From an uncultured archaeon (GTDB lineage: Archaea > Iainarchaeota > Iainarchaeia > Iainarchaeales > Iainarchaeaceae), in assembly GCA_964577555.1 (NCBI GenBank), contig CAZNZM010000011.1, positions 1 to 31,063 on the forward strand: 31,063 nt of DNA, in the 5' to 3' direction. Within the stretch, counting starts at the first letter, position 1. Every line of letters begins with the position of its first letter. The notes below the pieces were generated by a model. That model ran no database searches. It saw only the letters and a list, made by a program, of their open reading frames with translations, and was not told where the DNA came from. A program made the translations under genes and the position numbers. Below, piece by piece: positions 25,305 through 31,063 of the stretch.

Positions 25305-26207
25305 TCATTTTTTAATATTTGGCTCTTGATGACCCCCAAACTCATGCCTTAATGCGGACACTACTTTAGATGAAAAATCAGGTTTTTTCATGGATTTTTT
25401 TCTTGCTTTCAAAGCCACTTCCAAAGAAGGCAATTTCAAACCATGTTTTTTTGCGGTTAAAATAGTCCATTTGCCAGTTTCTCCGCCACCTATACGCCCC
25501 TCAAATTTTAAGAGTTCAGGATCTTCTTTCAGCGAACGCGCAAGCAAATCAACAAGCCAGCTCCTTATTACCGAACCATTTTTATATACTTTAGTTACTT
25601 CCCTTAAATCAAATTTGAAGTCGCTTTTTTCAAGGAGCATATAACCTTCTCCAAGAGCTTGAAGAAAACAATATTCAATTCCATTATGAACCATTTTGGC
25701 AAAGTGGCCGGCTCCAACAGGACCCAAAAGAGCATAACCATCTTTTACTGCCAAAGCCTTGAATACAGGTTCAACTTCATCAAATACATCTTTATCGCCT
25801 CCAACCATTATTGAAGAACCATTAATTGCACCTTCAAGTCCTCCAGATATGCCTACATCTAAAAATCTTATGCCGTTCTCTTGAAGTTTTTTTGCCCTTG
25901 CAATTGAATCTTCATAAAACGAGTTTCCGGAATCAATTAGTATATCACCTTTTCCAATATAAGGAGTCAAATTAGAAATTACTTCATCCACTGGCTTGCC
26001 ATGGGTAACCATAATAAAAATAATTTTTTTTTCAGGCAACTTAGAACAAAAATCTTGGTAAGAAAACGTTTCAATGGCGCCCTTTTCAGCAAGCGGTTTC
26101 ATTGACAATGGATTTCTAGCATAAACAACAACTTCAAAGCCATGCAAAAGCAGGCGCTCAACCATGCGAGAACCCATTTTTCCCAAACCAATAAAACCTA
26201 TTTTCAT
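25305..26207 (-). CDS. gnd: 6-phosphogluconate dehydrogenase, short (~300 aa, YqeC/GndA-like) form
   Basis: MKIGFIGLGKMGSRMVERLL Rossmann motif; LDVGISGGLEGAINGSSIMVGG; catalytic GAGHFAKMVHNGIEYCFLQALGEG. Confidence 0.93.
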   Translation of the reverse strand: MKIGFIGLGKMGSRMVERLLLHGFEVVVYARNPLSMKPLAEKGAIETFSYQDFCSKLPEKKIIFIMVTHGKPVDEVISNLTPYIGKGDILIDSGNSFYEDSIARAKKLQENGIRFLDVGISGGLEGAINGSSIMVGGDKDVFDEVEPVFKALAVKDGYALLGPVGAGHFAKMVHNGIEYCFLQALGEGYMLLEKSDFKFDLREVTKVYKNGSVIRSWLVDLLARSLKEDPELLKFEGRIGGGETGKWTILTAKKHGLKLPSLEVALKARKKSMKKPDFSSKVVSALRHEFGGHQEPNIKK

Positions 26208-26234
26208 AAAAACCACTTGAATAATTATTGAAAA

Positions 26235-27053
26235 CTAAACAAGCCTTTTGAATTCTTCAGGCGTATCTTTTGTAAATTTTTCCATTCCTTGGCTTGTAAG
26301 CTTGTGTCTCATAATTTCTCTGAACGTATTAAAACCAATTGTAGAAATTGAAGCTCCTGCAAGCGCCGCTTCCCTCACTTGCCGTGCATTCCTCATTGAA
26401 GCGGCAAGAACTTCCGTTTTTATCCCGTAATTCCTAAAAATTATTACTGTTTGCCTTACAAGGTCTATTCCTGAAACAATGCCATTATCATCAACTTGTT
26501 TCCAGTTTTTTTGAATTCCTTCTTGGGGAAAATAATCACTTTTATCAAAACTCCAGCCTGCTTCTTTTCTAAGCATATCATCTATCCTTCCGCAAAAAGG
26601 ACTGACAAATTTTGCCCCAGCCTTTGCGGCCACCAATGCTTGTTCTGGAGTAAAAACCAAAGTACAATTAACAGGGATTCCTGCTTTGCTCAATTCCTTT
26701 ATCGCTTTTATTCCCTCAAATTCTTTTCCAGTTTCTTCAGTAAAACTTGGGTTTACAGGCACCTTAATATAAACGTTTTTGGCTATTGGATTGAATTTTT
26801 TGTAAAGAGCCTTGCCTTGTTCAATCATTCCTTTTGCATCCAATTCTGTGACTTCAAGACTTACTGGAGTTCCTTCAGCAATTTTCAAAACCTTTGAAAT
26901 ATAACTTTCCAAACTTATCCTTTTGTCACTTTCTTTAAGCTTGTCAACTGCGTCTTTTACAAGCGAAGGATTCATTGTTATGCCATCACAAACCCCTGCA
27001 TTATAAACTTGTTCAATTTCAGACAATATTGCAGAATCCAAAAAAAGTTTCAT
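26235..27053 (-). CDS. Transaldolase / fructose-6-phosphate aldolase-like (TalC-type)
   Basis: MKLFLDSAILSEIEQVYNAGVCDGITMNPSLVKDA; Schiff-base Lys context NVYIKVPVN; NCTLVFTPEQALVAAKAGAKFVSPFCGRIDD. Confidence 0.9.
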   Translation of the reverse strand: MKLFLDSAILSEIEQVYNAGVCDGITMNPSLVKDAVDKLKESDKRISLESYISKVLKIAEGTPVSLEVTELDAKGMIEQGKALYKKFNPIAKNVYIKVPVNPSFTEETGKEFEGIKAIKELSKAGIPVNCTLVFTPEQALVAAKAGAKFVSPFCGRIDDMLRKEAGWSFDKSDYFPQEGIQKNWKQVDDNGIVSGIDLVRQTVIIFRNYGIKTEVLAASMRNARQVREAALAGASISTIGFNTFREIMRHKLTSQGMEKFTKDTPEEFKRLV

Positions 27054-27108
27054 AAATTAAAAAAGACCTACAAAAAGATTAAATAATAATTTACAAAATT
27101 AAAATTAT

Positions 27109-27642
27109 ATGGTAAAAGCAATAGTTAAATGGCTAAAAGATTACGATTTAAGACCAGACTACCCTAAAGTGGAAACAATAAAAGAACTTACTGAACTTGT
27201 CACAAAAATTAAAGCAAATGAATTAAGAGATTATTTAAAAATTGAAATGCCTGAAGGAGAAAAAAATAAACCATTATATACAATACTATTAGAAAATGAA
27301 AAAGGATATAAAATAGGAAAATTGTCAAAAGAAATGAGAGACTTGTTCAAAGCTGTTTTTAGAGCGCTTATTACTTTTTCCATAGATGTTGCTATTAAAA
27401 ACAATTTTCATAGCAATAGAGAAAAATTAAACGCCTTTTATGCGCTTTTTTCCAAGTTTATTGACCAATCAAACATTACCTCATTATATTATCAAAGAGG
27501 ATTAGAAAAACATTCTATTAGAATATATTTTCTTTCAGGAGAAAATAACCCAAGACGAACAGGTAGAAGACCAGCAAATAAATTTGGAAAACCATCAGGA
27601 AAGTGGACGTTATGGCACCTCACACACCGACGCCCACAATAA
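27109..27642 (+). CDS. Hypothetical protein (177 aa)
   Basis: ATG start, long non-overlapping ORF, basic C-terminus NPRRTGRRPANKFGKPSGKWTLWHLTHRRPQ; no recognised domain. Confidence 0.65.
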   Translation: MVKAIVKWLKDYDLRPDYPKVETIKELTELVTKIKANELRDYLKIEMPEGEKNKPLYTILLENEKGYKIGKLSKEMRDLFKAVFRALITFSIDVAIKNNFHSNREKLNAFYALFSKFIDQSNITSLYYQRGLEKHSIRIYFLSGENNPRRTGRRPANKFGKPSGKWTLWHLTHRRPQ

Positions 27643-27667
27643 ATCAAGGCTTATTAAATAAAAAAAA

Positions 27668-28276
27668 TTATTTCAATGCTGACTTGTAAAGCTCTTCAAC
27701 TTTTGCCCAGTTAATTACGGAGAAAAATTGTTCCAAATAATCTGCACGCCTGTTTTGATACTTCAAATAATAAGCGTGTTCCCAAACATCTACTCCTAAT
27801 ATTGGGGTTTTGCCTTGCGAAACAGGATTATCTTGGTTTGGCGTGGAAACAACTTCAAGTTTTCCGTTTGAGACAACCAACCAAGCCCAGCCAGAACCGA
27901 ACTGGTTCAAGCCTGCGCTTTTGAACTTTTCCCTGAACAAATCAAAAGAACCAAAATTTTTCGTTATAGCATCTGCTATTTTGCCTTTTGGAGTTCCACC
28001 GGCTTTTGGCGCCATCATTTCCCAAAACAACGAATGATTATAATGCCCCCCTCCATTGTTGCGAACAGTTGTTCTAATATCTTCTGGAATCTTGTTCAAA
28101 TCTTTTAAAATATCTTCAATTTTCATTTTTTCAAATGGTTTTCCTGCAACTGCGGCATTGAGTTTGTCAACATATGCTTGGTGATGCTTGTCATGATGTA
28201 TTCTCATTGTTTGTTCATCAATATAAGGTTCTAATGCATTATAATCGTATTTAAGTTTTGGAACTTCAAATGGCAT
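27668..28276 (-). CDS. Superoxide dismutase, Fe/Mn family (Mn-type residues)
   Basis: [59 protein letters not shown]. Confidence 0.96.
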   Translation of the reverse strand: MPFEVPKLKYDYNALEPYIDEQTMRIHHDKHHQAYVDKLNAAVAGKPFEKMKIEDILKDLNKIPEDIRTTVRNNGGGHYNHSLFWEMMAPKAGGTPKGKIADAITKNFGSFDLFREKFKSAGLNQFGSGWAWLVVSNGKLEVVSTPNQDNPVSQGKTPILGVDVWEHAYYLKYQNRRADYLEQFFSVINWAKVEELYKSALK

Positions 28277-28423
28277 TAAAATTACCCCCCTATAAATTTC
28301 TAATCAATAAAAGCATTTTAAAATATAAGCAAACGTTAAAACACAAAAAAAATATTTTTTGGAATATTTTTGACGACCAAGTCATAAAAAAATAATTAAA
28401 ATTTTGTTTTATAAGACTTGATT

Positions 28424-28864
28424 TTACAATGTTGTTTGCCAGCTTCTTAGGTTCAAATACCTTTTTAATTCAGCTTTGACGTTTTGCGAACAAACGTGGT
28501 CATGATGACGAAATCCGCCTCCAAAAGTTTTTGGAATATGCATCAATTCGTGTATTATTGTTTCTATCTTGTCATTTTCTGACTGCTTGTCAAATTTTTC
28601 AGAAATCAGTTCTATTACATAAAAACTCTTTTTCTGTCCCATTCCAAGCATCATGACTTTGCCTATACAATGTATTCTTGCTATCGTTCTTTTGGTTTTA
28701 GAACCGAAAGATCTGACAACTGAAAGCCTGTCAGGTATTACCCAATTGTAACCAAGCTTTAATGCGATTTCTTTGGCTTTTTCCGTCCAAGCATGGTCAT
28801 AACAATATTTCATGGAATTAAGTTGCTCTATACTTAATAAATTACTTTTTGTTGGTGATTTCAT
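28424..28864 (-). CDS. Putative zinc metallopeptidase (COG4900-like)
   Basis: IETIIHELMHIPKTFGGGFRHHD contains HELMH. The start is ambiguous (28864, or internal Met at 28813: MKYCYDHAWTEKA). Confidence 0.8.
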   Translation of the reverse strand: MKSPTKSNLLSIEQLNSMKYCYDHAWTEKAKEIALKLGYNWVIPDRLSVVRSFGSKTKRTIARIHCIGKVMMLGMGQKKSFYVIELISEKFDKQSENDKIETIIHELMHIPKTFGGGFRHHDHVCSQNVKAELKRYLNLRSWQTTL

Positions 28865-28866
28865 TT

Positions 28867-29496
28867 ATGGAAAAAAAATTTGAAAAAATTCTTTTTGAAT
28901 TAAAAAAACTTTATCCTAATAATGGCACTGCCCTCAAATTTAGTTCGAATTTTCAACTTGCTGTGGCTGTTATTCTTTCAGCCCAATGTACGGATAATAG
29001 GGTTAATAGCGTTACAAAAGTGCTTTTCAAAAAACTTAAAACTCCAAAAGACTTTGCAAATGCAAGCCAAAAGGATTTGGAAAAACTTATTTACAGCACA
29101 GGATTTTACAGGGCCAAAGCAAAAAACATAAAGGCAATGGCAAAAAAAATAATTGAAAATTATGAAGGAAAATTGCCTAACTCAATGGAAGAACTTGTAA
29201 AGCTCCCAGGCATCGGGAGAAAAACAGCCAACATAATTTTAAGTGAAGGATTCGGCTTGGTTGAAGGAATTGCTGTTGATACACACGTAAAAAGGCTTTC
29301 CCAGAGAATTGGTTTGAGCAAGAACAAAACCCCTGAAAAAATAGAAGTTGATCTTATGAGAATATTTCCAAAAAAAGAGTGGAGATTCATTTCAAATGCA
29401 TTAATCATGCATGGCAGAAGAATTTGCTCAGCCAGGAAACCGAAATGCGGAAAATGCAGTCTTAATAATATTTGCGAAAGCGCGTTCAAAATATAG
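28867..29496 (+). CDS. nth: Endonuclease III (HhH-GPD, [4Fe-4S])
   Basis: ILSAQCTDNRVNSVT, LVKLPGIGRKTANIIL with catalytic Lys, VDTHVKRLSQRIG with catalytic Asp, C-x6-C-x2-C-x5-C (CSARKPKCGKCSLNNIC). Confidence 0.96.
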   Translation: MEKKFEKILFELKKLYPNNGTALKFSSNFQLAVAVILSAQCTDNRVNSVTKVLFKKLKTPKDFANASQKDLEKLIYSTGFYRAKAKNIKAMAKKIIENYEGKLPNSMEELVKLPGIGRKTANIILSEGFGLVEGIAVDTHVKRLSQRIGLSKNKTPEKIEVDLMRIFPKKEWRFISNALIMHGRRICSARKPKCGKCSLNNICESAFKI

Positions 29497-29555
29497 GTTG
29501 CTTCACTTTTTTTGAACCAAAAGAATTTAAATAGTCTTAACACGAGTTAATAATT

Positions 29556-30107
29556 ATGAACAAGAAAATGGAAAAACCTGCAGTTACCAAGGATATGACA
29601 ATTGGCGAAGTTGTTGCAAAATATCCTGAAAGTGCCGAGGTAATGTTGGCTTATGGCTTACATTGCATTGGTTGTCATGTGAATCCTTATGAGAGCATTG
29701 AAGCCGGGGCATATGGGCATGGAATGAGTCCTGAAACCATTGAAAAAATGGTTAATGAAATCAACGAGGCAATCAATCCACAAAACAGCGAAAAAGAAAT
29801 AATAATATCAACTCCTGCAGCCGACAAATTCAAAGAGTTAATGGAAAAAGAAAATAAAAAAGGTTGGGGGCTAAAACTTATTGTTGAATCGCAAGGCTGT
29901 AATGGAATGTCTTATTCAATGGACTTTGCAGAAAAACCAGAAGATAGCGAAACAACTTTAAGCGATAATGGTTTGAATGTTTTTGTTCAAAAATCCCAAT
30001 TGAACCTCGTAAAAGGAATCAGAATTGACTATTCAAAAAGCCCTACAAGCGAAGGATTTAAAATAAAAAACCCAAACAAAGGAATTTGCGGATGCGGCGG
30101 CCATTAA
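29556..30107 (+). CDS. DUF1858 domain fused to HesB/IscA-like A-type carrier domain
   Basis: N-terminal MTIGEVVAKYPESAEVMLAYGLHCIGCHVNPYESIEAGAYGHGM; C-terminal ISTPAADKFKELMEK...LKLIVESQGCNGMSYSMDF...GICGCGG. Confidence 0.88.
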   Translation: MNKKMEKPAVTKDMTIGEVVAKYPESAEVMLAYGLHCIGCHVNPYESIEAGAYGHGMSPETIEKMVNEINEAINPQNSEKEIIISTPAADKFKELMEKENKKGWGLKLIVESQGCNGMSYSMDFAEKPEDSETTLSDNGLNVFVQKSQLNLVKGIRIDYSKSPTSEGFKIKNPNKGICGCGGH

Positions 30108-30125
30108 AACAACTATTGTATTATT

Positions 30126-30971
30126 ATGCCGATACAAATTATTTCTGAACCGGAAAAAGAACCTGAAAAGAATAACATTCAAAAAAATGAAAAATCTGAA
30201 GCAAGACAAAATCATACTGGCAATCCTTTTATTGCGCAAAGAAAAGCTGTCGAAGACAATTTAAAATATGTCAAAAAAATAATTGCAATACACTCTGGAA
30301 AAGGCGGGGTTGGAAAAAGCACTTTTGCAGTAAACTTGGCTGCAACTCTGACAAAACTTGGTTTTAAAGTAGGTTTATTAGATGCTGATGTTGATTGTCC
30401 TTCATGCTATAAATTGCTCAACATAAACAAAAGAGTGAAAATAGAAAATAAATTGTTTCAACCTATTGACGCATACGGAATAAAAGTTTTGTCAATAGGA
30501 AACATGGTTGAAAACGAGACAAAAGCAAATGTAATGCGTGGTCCAATTATGTTCAAGCTTGTGTTTGAAATGCTGGCAAATACAAATTGGAATAACTTGG
30601 ATTATCTTTTGATTGATTTGCCTCCAGGCACTGGCGATAATCCTTTGACAATAATGCAAATTTGTCCATTATATGGTTTAATAATTGTTACACAACCACA
30701 ATCCCTTGCAATTGTCGATGCACAAAAATCTGCAAACATGGCGTCAACAATGAACATTCCTGTTATTGGATTAGTTGAAAACATGGCCGGCGACATTTTT
30801 GGAACAGCCGATTTGGATAAAATATCAGAATCACTCCACACTATTTCTTTGGGTTCTATTCCACTGAAAAAAAACATAAGAGAAAGCTCTGAAAAAGGAG
30901 TGCCAGCGGTTTTTGAAGACAAAGAACTATTGGAAATATTCAAAACAATAATTCAAAACGCGGCAATATGA
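30126..30971 (+). CDS. Mrp/NBP35-family P-loop ATPase (Fe-S carrier-like)
   Basis: Deviant Walker A IHSGKGGVGKSTFAVNLAATL, DYLLIDLPPGTGD, C-terminal SIPLKKNIRESSEKGVPAV. Confidence 0.93.
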   Translation: MPIQIISEPEKEPEKNNIQKNEKSEARQNHTGNPFIAQRKAVEDNLKYVKKIIAIHSGKGGVGKSTFAVNLAATLTKLGFKVGLLDADVDCPSCYKLLNINKRVKIENKLFQPIDAYGIKVLSIGNMVENETKANVMRGPIMFKLVFEMLANTNWNNLDYLLIDLPPGTGDNPLTIMQICPLYGLIIVTQPQSLAIVDAQKSANMASTMNIPVIGLVENMAGDIFGTADLDKISESLHTISLGSIPLKKNIRESSEKGVPAVFEDKELLEIFKTIIQNAAI

Positions 30972-31032
30972 AAATTCAAAAATATTCCATTAAAACAACT
31001 TTATCAAAAAAAAAAATCGGCTCACAAAAATA

Positions 31033-31063
31033 ATGGATTTTAAAAAACTCAACCAGCCAAAAA
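31033..31063 (+). CDS. Possible start of next gene, truncated by window end
   Basis: ATG GAT TTT AAA AAA CTC AAC CAG CCA AAA remains open to the window edge. Confidence 0.25.
   Translation, partial: MDFKKLNQPK

Noticed and set aside
1-31063. CRISPR array, transposase/integrase, prophage or toxin-antitoxin module
   Set aside because: No regularly spaced direct repeats and no Cas, transposase, integrase or phage structural protein among the ORFs. The COG4900/phage-type metallopeptidase alone does not indicate a prophage.

Overview
AT-rich, densely coded chromosomal window that I read as archaeal. The evidence is archaeal-type AlaRS and LeuRS, two tRNA genes with short introns at position 37/38 that fold as bulge-helix-bulge (BHB) motifs, and paired SPFH, PadR/ABC, NBP35-type and COG1361-like genes. 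A DPANN lineage such as Diapherotrites is my inference, not shown by the sequence. Left part: a 5'-truncated surface protein, alaS, leuS, a RelA/SpoT homolog, and argS preceded by an intron-containing tRNA-Arg(TCT). Middle: tandem SPFH proteins, a membrane-anchored unknown, a His-rich ECF-like membrane protein, tRNA-Leu(GAG), an FKBP lipoprotein, a HIT protein, a 4-gene ABC/PadR operon, and an intron-containing tRNA-Ser(TGA). Right part: rpe, leucyl aminopeptidase, and a zwf-pgl-unknown-gnd-tal cluster (a bacterial-style oxidative pentose phosphate branch, unusual for archaea), followed by SOD, a zinc metallopeptidase divergent from endonuclease III, a DUF1858-IscA-like fusion and an Mrp/NBP35 ATPase. 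No CRISPR array, transposon, prophage or defence island was found. The best leads are the archaeal Rel homolog with an intact hydrolase site but eroded synthetase motifs, the oxPPP cluster with an embedded unknown gene, the ABC/CARDB-like/PadR operon, the C-terminally short AlaRS, and the rearranged cysteines in the NBP35/Mrp protein.
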